Positions 41,151 through 50,668 of a DNA stretch of 64,000 bases are shown here, in pieces. The notes below the pieces were generated by a model, which worked only from the letters and a program-made list of their open reading frames with translations, made no database searches and was not told the DNA's origin. Position 1 is the first letter of the stretch. Every line of letters starts with the position of its first letter. Where the stretch lies: assembly GCA_030829545.1 (NCBI GenBank), contig JAURAI010000001.1:4123-68122 (forward strand), given 5' to 3'. A program made the position numbers and the translations under genes. This DNA comes from Poseidonia sp. (GTDB lineage Archaea > Thermoplasmatota > Poseidoniia > Poseidoniales > Poseidoniaceae).

Positions 41151-42392
41151 ATGGAGGACAACATCTTCGACAAGTTCATTTCGCAGAAAACGCTCTTCAA
41201 AAATAAAGAGAATCTTCGCCATAATTTTCGCCCGAATCAACTCCCACACCGCAACGAAGAGATTGATACCATTTCCTACAACCTTTGGGAAGCTCTGAAG
41301 GGACACATCCCCTCAAACATGACGCTCTACGGCGTAACTGGCGCTGGCAAGACTGCAGTCACCGCCTATGTCTGTCATCACCTCAAGGCCAAGGGAGAAT
41401 CCATGGGGAGTCAGGTTGAATCCATCATGGTCAACTGCCGCCAAATCGACACACAATACCGAGTTCTAAGCCACATTGGAAATTCTCTTCTGGAGTCCTA
41501 TGAACAAGATGAGATCCCCTTCACTGGCTGGCCGACCGATCGTGTCTTCAACGAATTGATTCGCAGAATGGACCAGCGCGGTGGAGTCTTTGTCATCGTG
41601 CTCGATGAGATTGATCACTTGGTGCGAAAGGTTGGAGATGACCTCTTGTACAATTTGACCAGCCTCAACTCCTCACTCAAGAAGGCACGAGCGTGTGTCA
41701 TCGGCATTTCTAACGACTTGAAATTCACTGATTTCCTCGACCCCAGAGTCCGTTCAAGACTCGGCCAATTGGATGTTCTGTTCAAGCCCTACGATGCTGA
41801 GCAACTTCAGGATATTCTTCGACAGCGCGCTGTTCAGGGGTTGAATGAAGGCGTGATTGGTCCTGGCGTTATCGAACTCTGCGCTGCACTCGCTGCTCAA
41901 GAGCACGGAGATGCACGGTGTGCATTGGACCTGTTGAGAATCTCAGCAGAAAAGGCTGAGAAAGAAGGTGAAAATACGGTGAATCAAAACCATGTCCGAG
42001 TGGCACAGAGTCAAATCGAAGCCGACCAGATGACTCCCGTGATCTCAAGCCTTCCAAGTCAGCAAAAATTGGTCTTAGCGGCCGTTCTGCTCAATGAACA
42101 AAACGGACTCAGGAACGTACAGACCGGTCAAGTTTACGACATTTACCGCCAAGCCTGCAAACATATTCGACAGAATCCACTCACGCAACGTCGCATCTCG
42201 GGCCTCATCTCCAACCTTGACATGCTGGGATTGGTAACTGCACGAACCGTCAGCAAGGGACGCTACGGACGTTCGAAGGAAATCAATTCCTGTATTCCTG
42301 CAAACATCAATGCCCCAGAAATCATGAAGGCTGCCGAAGAAGAAATGGCACTTGTCTTCAAAGCAGCCTACCATCATCAAACATCGCTCTGA
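41151..42392 (+). CDS. cdc6: Orc1/Cdc6 replication initiator
   Basis: LPHRNEEI, GVTGAGKT, VLDEID, LDPRVRSRL, GDAR, C-terminal wHTH GRYGR. Confidence 0.96.
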   Translation: MEDNIFDKFISQKTLFKNKENLRHNFRPNQLPHRNEEIDTISYNLWEALKGHIPSNMTLYGVTGAGKTAVTAYVCHHLKAKGESMGSQVESIMVNCRQIDTQYRVLSHIGNSLLESYEQDEIPFTGWPTDRVFNELIRRMDQRGGVFVIVLDEIDHLVRKVGDDLLYNLTSLNSSLKKARACVIGISNDLKFTDFLDPRVRSRLGQLDVLFKPYDAEQLQDILRQRAVQGLNEGVIGPGVIELCAALAAQEHGDARCALDLLRISAEKAEKEGENTVNQNHVRVAQSQIEADQMTPVISSLPSQQKLVLAAVLLNEQNGLRNVQTGQVYDIYRQACKHIRQNPLTQRRISGLISNLDMLGLVTARTVSKGRYGRSKEINSCIPANINAPEIMKAAEEEMALVFKAAYHHQTSL

Positions 42393-42465
42393 ACCGTCGT
42401 GATGGGCGGATTCGCTCACTTTCTGGTTCGGTGTGCTTAAATGCACCTCGTCAGTCCGCAGGAAC

Positions 42466-43029
42466 ATGAGCGACGACAAGGTCAGCGTTGATTCGTCTGA
42501 AACCTCCAGCAATGGAACGGTTCCATTCTACTCCAACTGGTTCATCATCCTCGGTGCTTGGGGACTTCTATTGGCTGTGCTCAACATGATGAGTATGGCT
42601 CACCCCACCCAACACATCTCTTGGGGAGGTCTGCTGACATTCGAAGCTACGAACGCTGCCTTCGGAGAAGCGAAAGATGGATTTCACTTCGAGATTCTCG
42701 GTGACTCAATCTTCATGGCAGCCTGCATTGCATTGCTCGTGTTCGGATTCAAACCAATCAACGATTCAGGCAACTTGTCAGCATGGTTCCGTGGTTTGGT
42801 CATCAATGACACATGGACTGCATTGGGCGACATGACCGTCGGTGGAGGGCAACGAACAATGGCTGCTTGGTGCCTCTTGCTCGGCTTTGTGTTTTATTTC
42901 TGGTTCGGCATTCAGCACGATGGCTGGATTGATGTCGGCGTTTATTCAGTCAGCATTGCTTTGATTGCAGCAGGCTTTGCCCTCAATCATGCAAGCCGTG
43001 TTCCACCCGGCGATGAAAACATCGATTGA
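42466..43029 (+). CDS. Hypothetical membrane protein
   Basis: Four TM helices. Confidence 0.7.
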   Translation: MSDDKVSVDSSETSSNGTVPFYSNWFIILGAWGLLLAVLNMMSMAHPTQHISWGGLLTFEATNAAFGEAKDGFHFEILGDSIFMAACIALLVFGFKPINDSGNLSAWFRGLVINDTWTALGDMTVGGGQRTMAAWCLLLGFVFYFWFGIQHDGWIDVGVYSVSIALIAAGFALNHASRVPPGDENID

Positions 43030-44154
43030 TCAAGGCTTGGAACCGAACAGCCTACGATGACCATGGCGCCCCAACATGGCGTCGATGCAACCCAAAAATG
43101 TCCCCTGCCAAAGCGCAATACTCCATCGGAATGTTAGCCAGCGAACGCCGATCATGACGCTCAATTTACTCTTGGTTGATGATTTCATCATGCCACGATT
43201 CACTGCGCCCAAAGAACCACGCCTCAAAATAACCTCCTGCAGGAGCAAGAGGATAGCAGAGACGAACAAACCTTGAATCCTCCATTGCTCGAAAAGAACT
43301 GGCGTCGCCAGCATGTCCCCAAGCAGTGAAGTCAGGAAAGGAAGGCTGAAGCCTGCAATTAACAACCAAATCGGTAAGAGCAAGAGAACGATTGTTGAAC
43401 TCCCGAGAAAATCAAAGGCTGGACCCTTTCGCTTTCTTCTTGGATGATGACGAAGGATTCTGACGTGGGCTCTCGCATCACGGCGACGCTTGTGCAGGAA
43501 AAGACCTGTCCCTCGTTCCGGCACGTGTCGCACCAGAGCATCTGGAGCATAGACAATCGTGCCGCCTGCTTCAAGAAGTCGCAAACTTACCTCCATATCT
43601 TCTGCATGGTACCAGTCAGGTTCAAATCCACCGATGTTACGAAGTGATTCGCGATGAAACATGGAGCAGGGACCGTTCGCTAAACTTGTGCGCCTGGGCC
43701 TCGAGCGGTATTTTGAGGCAATTTCAACTGAACGAATTTGGCTTACGATGTCTTCAGCGCGTTCAAAGACAGTACGGCCAGTAACAGCCACCACCTCTTC
43801 AAAATCATCAACTGGATTCGCGGCCAAAACGAGGTTGGTAATCCAATCGTGCTCGGGACGTACATCAATATCGGTGATAGCAACCCATGTTCCTTTGGCA
43901 TGTTCAACCGCCCAACGTCGACCTGCCGAAAGACCCAATGCTGCTTGATGATGAATGCGAACAGGAGGGCCTCGCTCACCTTGTGGGTCATGCCACTGTT
44001 TTGCACGTTCGGAACCCCCGTCCGTTGAGCCGTCATCAACAAGGAGAATTTCCACATTTGGATAGGTCTGTGCGACAAGGGCCTCGAGGCAACCATCGAT
44101 CCAATGGTCACCGTTTCGCACACATACGGTGATTGAAACAAGTGGATTGTCCAC
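43030..44154 (-). CDS. GT2 glycosyltransferase with C-terminal TM helices
   Basis: VDDGSTD, DID, AEDME. Confidence 0.9.
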   Translation of the reverse strand: MDNPLVSITVCVRNGDHWIDGCLEALVAQTYPNVEILLVDDGSTDGGSERAKQWHDPQGERGPPVRIHHQAALGLSAGRRWAVEHAKGTWVAITDIDVRPEHDWITNLVLAANPVDDFEEVVAVTGRTVFERAEDIVSQIRSVEIASKYRSRPRRTSLANGPCSMFHRESLRNIGGFEPDWYHAEDMEVSLRLLEAGGTIVYAPDALVRHVPERGTGLFLHKRRRDARAHVRILRHHPRRKRKGPAFDFLGSSTIVLLLLPIWLLIAGFSLPFLTSLLGDMLATPVLFEQWRIQGLFVSAILLLLQEVILRRGSLGAVNRGMMKSSTKSKLSVMIGVRWLTFRWSIALWQGTFLGCIDAMLGRHGHRRLFGSKP

Positions 44155-45174
44155 TCATTCCACCTCAAAAGATTCCAATAAACGGCGACATCGTTCTTTG
44201 GTCGCAAGACTTGTCAATTGGACGACGACACCCTGCCTTGGTTGACCGTAGACAACGATGGAACCAATGGGAGCAAGGAGATGTGCATACAGAGGGGCGA
44301 GGTCTTCTTCTCCTTCAACATCGATCAGGCAAGGTTCTTCTTCATCCACTGCTTGTTGAAGTGCCGTAAGAAGTGATGGTGTCAGTTGGCCCGGTGGGTT
44401 TTCAGCACGGAGGTGGCGAGAAAACGAACTGGCATCGACCCGATCCTCTTCAGCAAGATGTGTTCGTTTTGTTTGACCGTCAATCAATGCGATGTCGGGG
44501 GTGATGTCCATTTCTAACATGGTTCGTACCGTCACATCACCAACTGCGATCAACATATTTTGACCCAAAGAACGATCTTCTAACGCAGCATACATCGCTA
44601 CGTCAGGAGCATCTTCAGGGCCTTCAAACAAGGTCCCCATCGGCGTTTTAAGTTCTTGATCAAGGCCAGGATGCATCAACAAAACATTCTGAGACATCGA
44701 GGAACTTACCCATGGGTGACCTTCAGTGTCAATCTTCCCGTTCCGTATACGAGATGAACTGATGATGCCCCCGCAATGATCTGCAAGATGGTCGACTTCA
44801 ATGATGTGCAAAGGCGGTAAGTCATTGGAGGTTCGTAAGTCATTGATGTGCTCACATTGACCACGCGTCTCGGGGGTGGCAACGATGCAGTCGGCCGTGG
44901 GATGGTTGGGTGCAGGACCCTGCGCGTCGTTCAATTCAAACACGACTGCACGCCGAGGGGCATGCTGTTCAATCCACTGCAGGAGGTGCTCCCGTCGTGT
45001 TTCAAAGGATTCGATGTTCGCTGCTTTTGTGTCGGCCATGCGGTCACTGGTGATGTGAATTTCAAGATGAGCTGCTTGACGTTCAGCCGCACCAAGTAAG
45101 AGACGATGCCCCGCATGAAAGCGGTCAAAGGTTCCGCCGACCAAACATCGCTGAAAGCGGTAGGCGTCCTCCAT
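44155..45174 (-). CDS. coaD: Fused phosphopantetheine adenylyltransferase and GTP-dependent dephospho-CoA kinase (DUF359)
   Basis: GGTFDRFHAGH...ISSSRIR, then VGDVT, DGQTKR, NPPG, GEEDL, YGQP. Confidence 0.9.
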   Translation of the reverse strand: MEDAYRFQRCLVGGTFDRFHAGHRLLLGAAERQAAHLEIHITSDRMADTKAANIESFETRREHLLQWIEQHAPRRAVVFELNDAQGPAPNHPTADCIVATPETRGQCEHINDLRTSNDLPPLHIIEVDHLADHCGGIISSSRIRNGKIDTEGHPWVSSSMSQNVLLMHPGLDQELKTPMGTLFEGPEDAPDVAMYAALEDRSLGQNMLIAVGDVTVRTMLEMDITPDIALIDGQTKRTHLAEEDRVDASSFSRHLRAENPPGQLTPSLLTALQQAVDEEEPCLIDVEGEEDLAPLYAHLLAPIGSIVVYGQPRQGVVVQLTSLATKERCRRLLESFEVE

Positions 45175-45243
45175 GAGCAAAGGTTAGGACCAACAGCCTT
45201 TGAGGTCATCGCTACATGGAAGCATTGAGAAGAGGTTTTGGAA

Positions 45244-45442
45244 AACTGTGCCCCGACACCTAACGGCCTCGTTCATCGTTTCCTCGGAGGCCTGACCCTC
45301 GGCATCGGGGCGTTCTGTCCGGTAGGGTGGTTGTCTTGAGGTCATCCTCTCGTCGTCCAAGGACCCATAACCTACCGATGGTTTACCGCATTTGCACCGG
45401 GAATCACGCCCCGAAGGGTCATCCCAGTCTTCGATTTGCGGC
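45244..45442 (-). ncRNA. Three-hairpin archaeal box H/ACA guide RNA
   Basis: Three stem-loops, each with an internal pocket and apical K-turn/K-loop; ACA follows hairpins 2 and 3; G-U pairs fix the minus strand. Confidence 0.85.
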
Positions 45443-45451
45443 CGTACTCAT

Positions 45452-45519
45452 GGTGTCAGACGTCATAGCAATGTTTCACAGTAGCTCAGCCCGATGTTGC
45501 AGGTACGGTATCATCGCCT
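45452..45519 (-). ncRNA. Possible box C/D sRNA unit upstream of the H/ACA RNA
   Basis: C-like GCGAUGA, D' CUGA, C'-like CUGUGA, D CUGA in correct order. Confidence 0.4.
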
Positions 45520-45534
45520 CAAGACGACTCTATA

Positions 45535-48045
45535 TCACTTCATCGGTGGCTCTGATGCCATGTTGTGAGCGAAACTCCTCCCGAAGAGCACGCGCCCGAT
45601 GGCCTCGTCCCCGTGTTGCATGACAGTAAGCCCGAGCATTGGCCATGATTCAATCGGTTGAACGAGCCATGCCCCATCACCATGCGATGATAAAATGGGA
45701 ACAGGAAGTTGATGGTCTCGGGCATAAATAGCATCAAAGAGGTCTCGAAGCGGCCCGACGCCAGGACCTTCGGGCAACAAATGAATGCCCAGAAGTTCTT
45801 CCGCAGTTAATTGACAACCGGGATGGTGTATTTCTTGGCCGGGGAACCCACATCGTTCACCTTCTGTTCGACCGATGATTGCGAGCCACGGTAAGGGATG
45901 CGAACTCAGCCAAGCCCTTCCAGATACCGTATTCAATTGGTTCACAATCCATTCATTTCCATACGGTAGCCACCAAGAGGGGGGCAGTGAAGTCATGATC
46001 TGCCGTTGTAATTCTGTGGTCCATGGAAGGTTTTGGAGCAGAGCATCAATACCTCGGGACCAAAGGTAAAGCAACGATGACTTCGGATGGATGCGAGCGG
46101 CCTTAAGGCAGGTATCCAAGCGAGCATGTGTTGGCTGATGGTTTGCTGAAGCGAAGAGATGTTCAATGACCTCTACAGTCATGTGAGGCGTATCCAACCA
46201 GGAGAGAAGGGCTTGGTCAAACAGGTCACGATAGGCCTCATCGGCGAGATGAAGACTGGCCAAAAGCGCCGTTGCATACCAGGGTGCAATCGGTGATTCA
46301 TCGAGTGCTTTGGCGAATGAAAGGGTTACTTTTGGCTCATGTGGGAGGTTTGCCTTGAGGCGTCGCAAAGCGAGGGTTTGCCAGTGAAGCGTGCCTTTCG
46401 CAATAGCCTCTGGAAGGTCGACCAAATCAAGGGCATCGACCTTGAGCAAATCCGCCCATCCACTTGGGAGGTTTGGATGAAGGCGAAGCCATCGCTGAGG
46501 ACGTTCACTTTCAGGCGATGCAATCCATGCTGCCAGCGGATAGGTTGATTCGAATTCATTAGCCATACGAGCATCACCCTTCGGAAAGACATGAAGGCTG
46601 CGAGAAAGAGCGTCTCCTTGCCTTCCTTTCGGAAGTGGAGAAGTATACATTGTTGCCGTATTGACCGCTAAAGGAGCCAATAATTCTGCCGCATTGCTGG
46701 GCATGTATTCGCTGGGGGGCGAAAGAGGTTGTATGGATGAAGAAGGTGAATGGAGGATAACCGGCAGGGAAATATCTCGGCCGATTTGAGCATATACCTC
46801 TGCTAGGTTTGGAGACGTCACGAGATGGGTTGAGTCTCTCGATGCTGAATGCCCAGTGCCGCGGCGAGTCATGAACAACCTGCATTTTGGATGAAATGTA
46901 AGGCGTTGGTGGAAGTCCTCATCTGGTTCATCGAAGGGCCAGTCAACGACACATGGCCACTGTGATTCTTGAACCAAGTACGAGATGAGCGCCGATAAGC
47001 CACTCATGGACATCCCATAGGTATCGATGGTTCCTTCATTGACCTCATCAACGGACCAGTCAACATCTCCAAAGTCGGAAAAAATATCTTTTCTCAATGA
47101 TTGAGGGAGTTTTGAAGTATTCTTGAGCAAGTCGGAACGAATGGATTCGTACATCGCTCCAATCCGATCTTCAGACATTCGCGAATGACGGAGACCAAGC
47201 CAATGCCGAAGAAGAGGAATCGGAAGGTTGCGATCTCGGCGTCCCTGTCCGTCTGTTAGACAGATAGCTTGTGTTCCTAAGGCCTCGACGACAAGGGAGC
47301 GGTCCAATTCATGTGGCAAATGTGCGGTGATGCCGCTGGGAGGAAAATATTGCAGCGCCGTTCCTGAGACCTGCCCGAGACAATGGTCACCATTCATGAG
47401 AAACTGTGGCGGGGTAGGATGCTCGGAACTATCCGAGAACCATTGACCTTCTATCAGGGTGGTCAAAGGTGCTTGTTCGAGTACTTTTCCACGAGCGAGG
47501 CCAATCTTTGTTGGAGCGTTGCCAAAATCTGCAAGCGTCCCTGAGGTGGTTGCTGAAGGTGGTGTGGTCGATGAAAAATCATCCAACATGTACCACTTGA
47601 GTTTGTCAACCTGGAATAAAATCCATGTCCCCCCTTGATTTCCTGTGGAAATTTGACCTTGCGGATTCATGGCATCTGGGATGAAAAACAGTGAAGATTT
47701 CGGTGGTTTGACATAACCAAGAAGCACGTTTGATGATTCTGATTGGACAACCACTCCGTCGGTATTTGTAGGAATTTCACTCACATGGCGCTTCAATTTC
47801 TCCAAGCCATCGCTTTCCAAGCGCTCGAGTCCGCTTTGGCTGAGGTACATTGGGGCGTTTCGCAGCCCCCCTGATTCGTCTCGAATAACATAGCCCTCTG
47901 CACGTAATTGCCGGCATGCGAGCGAGGCGTGCGGCATTCGCATGTCGAATTGCTTGGAGATTTCTGAAACTGTGCTCGGCCCTCTGCTCAGCCAAAACAG
48001 GATCTTTCGATGTGCTGCCGAACGAATGCTTCCCGACGGCATCAC
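45535..48045 (-). CDS. Large protein with N-terminal winged HTH (ArsR/MarR-like)
   Basis: GPSTVSEISKQFDMRMPHASLACRQLRAEGYV; remainder unrecognised. Confidence 0.75.
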   Translation of the reverse strand: MMPSGSIRSAAHRKILFWLSRGPSTVSEISKQFDMRMPHASLACRQLRAEGYVIRDESGGLRNAPMYLSQSGLERLESDGLEKLKRHVSEIPTNTDGVVVQSESSNVLLGYVKPPKSSLFFIPDAMNPQGQISTGNQGGTWILFQVDKLKWYMLDDFSSTTPPSATTSGTLADFGNAPTKIGLARGKVLEQAPLTTLIEGQWFSDSSEHPTPPQFLMNGDHCLGQVSGTALQYFPPSGITAHLPHELDRSLVVEALGTQAICLTDGQGRRDRNLPIPLLRHWLGLRHSRMSEDRIGAMYESIRSDLLKNTSKLPQSLRKDIFSDFGDVDWSVDEVNEGTIDTYGMSMSGLSALISYLVQESQWPCVVDWPFDEPDEDFHQRLTFHPKCRLFMTRRGTGHSASRDSTHLVTSPNLAEVYAQIGRDISLPVILHSPSSSIQPLSPPSEYMPSNAAELLAPLAVNTATMYTSPLPKGRQGDALSRSLHVFPKGDARMANEFESTYPLAAWIASPESERPQRWLRLHPNLPSGWADLLKVDALDLVDLPEAIAKGTLHWQTLALRRLKANLPHEPKVTLSFAKALDESPIAPWYATALLASLHLADEAYRDLFDQALLSWLDTPHMTVEVIEHLFASANHQPTHARLDTCLKAARIHPKSSLLYLWSRGIDALLQNLPWTTELQRQIMTSLPPSWWLPYGNEWIVNQLNTVSGRAWLSSHPLPWLAIIGRTEGERCGFPGQEIHHPGCQLTAEELLGIHLLPEGPGVGPLRDLFDAIYARDHQLPVPILSSHGDGAWLVQPIESWPMLGLTVMQHGDEAIGRVLFGRSFAHNMASEPPMK

Positions 48046-48316
48046 CAGTCACCTCATCCATGGCGTAATTTTCATGCTTCATAAAATATACTCTTCGGGC
48101 GTCAACTAGTTACTTTTAGTTATTGATTTCCAGTAGAGAAGTGTTCATTTACTTACTCAATGGGTCGCTGATGTAGAAATTACACCGATATTTTTGTCAT
48201 CAATTGTAACCAAATCGTTCGTTGAGGCAGTAACCATTATATCAGCGGCCTCGCTCCTGTAAACCAGCGGCACAATACCACTTGAGCCACCACATCAATG
48301 ACAGGAGGAAACAAAC

Positions 48317-48637
48317 ATGAAGACAACACGCATCCGTGAAAAAATTAAGAAATTTCTAGGCGACCGACCGCGTAATACCGCTGAGATTTTGGAATACATC
48401 AACAGTACCATGCGTCATGGTACAACCAGTCAACAACTCGGCAACGTGCTCTCCAAAGACAAAGACATCGTCAAGGTCGGCTACATCAAGCGCTCCGGGA
48501 TCCTCTCTGGCGGCTACGACATTTGCGAGTGGGCCACACGGAACTGGGTTTCCGAACATTGCCCTGAGTGGATTGAAGGCACACCAATCATCGTCGATAG
48601 TGAAGGCAATTTCACCACCGGTGCGACCAAACTCTGA
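48317..48637 (+). CDS. Small basic wHTH-like protein (DUF3860-like)
   Basis: Strong AGGAGG SD; TAEILEYIN..RHGTTSQQLGNVLSKD. Confidence 0.75.
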   Translation: MKTTRIREKIKKFLGDRPRNTAEILEYINSTMRHGTTSQQLGNVLSKDKDIVKVGYIKRSGILSGGYDICEWATRNWVSEHCPEWIEGTPIIVDSEGNFTTGATKL

Positions 48638-48828
48638 ACCCACACCTGGGCCTTGCCCATTAGGGCGGTAGGATCTGTTGAACCGCTTGTTGTCGCGGCG
48701 CATAGATCTCGAACATCTTGTCAATCATTCCCTGGCGAATGCACAACACTGGCGTCAGTATCAAGCAACGGGGGGGTTGAAACTCGCTTAACGAGTGAAC
48801 GTCTCAGGTTTGGACGTTCAGTATCGAT

Positions 48829-49755
48829 TCACTGGCCTTCAAAGATGGACATCGCTTCATCAACGGATGCACCATCACAGATGATTGCATGGCAGGCTGC
48901 AGTCATACGGACTGCTTCCTGCGTTTCTTTTTGGTGAATGTTGCGTCCAGTAGCTGCACCTTTGCAACCAGAGATATTGATTTGGTCGTGAAGGCGTTGA
49001 AGGAACTCTCGCGCAGGAAGTGTTCCTCCTCCCGAGCAGATAATGCGTGTGCGACCCGCAGCCTCTACTGCGATTTTGAAGGACTCAGCCTGCGTCATGC
49101 CTTCCCATGCCTTGGGATAGTTGACTTTGGCAAAATCCGCACCAAGACAGGCAGCGACACCCGCTGCTCCGGCGATAAGTTGCGGGTCTTTCTCATCAGG
49201 AACTGCTTTTCCACGAGGATACATCCACACGACTGAGATCATGCCTTGTTCGTGAGCTTGGCGAATAAATTGGGCTGCTTCAGTGAGCATTTCGTGCTCG
49301 TATTCGCTTCCGATGTAAACAGTGTAGCCAATTCCTACGACGTTGATGCCGTTATGAATCAGGGACATTACATCGTCCATGTCCCAAAGAGCTTGGGAAA
49401 CTGGATCTCGCTGTCCCGTTTTCACCATGTGAGATTTTGAGTTGAGTTTGACCAAATAAGGGATGTCGGGGTGGTCTCTTGCATACATCGAGATGAGGCC
49501 AAGTTGGCCTGCCAGAACACCAAGCGTTCCTGCTTCAAGCGTCCTCGCTCCGATCTCAAACAAGTGTGCAGGGTCGTTGGAACTGAGGGGCACAGAAACT
49601 CCACCATCATAGAAATCATCGTTGAGGTGTTCAATTTTCTGATCGCAAGCGAAGAGGTTCATTGAACCAGTTCCTGCTGTTGCAGCCCGAAGGTTGTCAA
49701 GATAAGTCTCTAGCAATTCATCAGGCACATCGCCCGGTACGTGAAATTCTGACAT
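48829..49755 (-). CDS. Class I fructose-bisphosphate aldolase (DhnA family)
   Basis: ACDQKIEH, VKLN, WMYPRG, LGADFAKVNYP, GRNIHQ. Confidence 0.88.
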   Translation of the reverse strand: MSEFHVPGDVPDELLETYLDNLRAATAGTGSMNLFACDQKIEHLNDDFYDGGVSVPLSSNDPAHLFEIGARTLEAGTLGVLAGQLGLISMYARDHPDIPYLVKLNSKSHMVKTGQRDPVSQALWDMDDVMSLIHNGINVVGIGYTVYIGSEYEHEMLTEAAQFIRQAHEQGMISVVWMYPRGKAVPDEKDPQLIAGAAGVAACLGADFAKVNYPKAWEGMTQAESFKIAVEAAGRTRIICSGGGTLPAREFLQRLHDQINISGCKGAATGRNIHQKETQEAVRMTAACHAIICDGASVDEAMSIFEGQ

Positions 49756-49778
49756 GGTGGTCAACCCGATTGTTTTGT

Positions 49779-50645
49779 TCATTCGCCAGTAAAGTTTGCC
49801 ACACGCTTCTCAACGTAAGCGGCGATTCCTTCTTTGGCGTCACTGCTGTTGAAGAGTGCCGCTTGGAGTTCTCGCTCAAGGGCAAGATGGTACTCAAAGG
49901 GAATTTCTGGCCCAGTCTGACACGAACGCTTGATGTTACCAACGGCTTTGACAGCCTTGTTGGGCAGTGTGAATTGACTGCACCAGTCGAGAATGTCTCG
50001 GCGGAAGTCATCAGCGTCGCCTTCCCAGATGTGGTTGATGAGATTGCAGGCATGAGCGTCCTCGAAGGACATCAATTCGCCAGTGACCATCATTTCCAGT
50101 GCCTTGGCCTTTCCAATAAGACGTGTGAGGCGAGCCGTACCACCGGTTCCTGCAAGGACACCGAGATTGATTTCAGGCAGGCCGACTTTTCCAGAGTTCT
50201 TTCGTGCAATGCGGATGTCAGCAGCCATTGCGATTTCGAGGCCACCGCCAACTGCGTGACCGTTGATCGCACAGACAACCAATTTTGAAGTCTGCTCGAG
50301 GCGAGACAGAGTTTCGTTAGCGTGAAGGCAGAAATTGTATTTGAAGCCGGGTGTGACGCTGTTGAGCATTTGAATGGATGCACCTGCTGAGAAGAAGGAG
50401 GCTCCATTTCCAGTCAAGACGATGCATGTGACGCTGTCGTCAAAGCGAGCGCGGACGATGGCTTCGTCGATGTCGCGCATCATACCGTGCGTGTAGGTAT
50501 TTGGTGAACGGTCGTTGGTGCCTTCAATAGGAGCCCCTGCTGAGTCAGAAGTAAGTTCAATCACAGCAATGCCATTGTCGGTCACTCCGTAGTTGACAAG
50601 ACGGTTCGGCATCGGTTCGAGTTTCAATCCATAAAGGTCGCTCAT
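49779..50645 (-). CDS. Crotonase resembling the N-terminal domain of BoxC
   Basis: NTY..ARF..FSAGASIQML..FKYNFC..NET, GGGLE, LPEINLGVLAGTGG. Confidence 0.8.
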   Translation of the reverse strand: MSDLYGLKLEPMPNRLVNYGVTDNGIAVIELTSDSAGAPIEGTNDRSPNTYTHGMMRDIDEAIVRARFDDSVTCIVLTGNGASFFSAGASIQMLNSVTPGFKYNFCLHANETLSRLEQTSKLVVCAINGHAVGGGLEIAMAADIRIARKNSGKVGLPEINLGVLAGTGGTARLTRLIGKAKALEMMVTGELMSFEDAHACNLINHIWEGDADDFRRDILDWCSQFTLPNKAVKAVGNIKRSCQTGPEIPFEYHLALERELQAALFNSSDAKEGIAAYVEKRVANFTGE

Positions 50646-50668
50646 ACCTCTGCCCACACGGGAAGGCA

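Noticed and set aside
45244-45520. RNase P RNA or SRP RNA (GAGGAAA and ACAGAA-like words)
   Set aside because: The words are in the wrong order with no P4 pseudoknot or SRP helix-8 motif; the H/ACA architecture explains the hairpins
45327-45623. 98-aa plus-strand ORF
   Set aside because: Antisense to the structured RNA and overlaps a real gene; no recognisable motif
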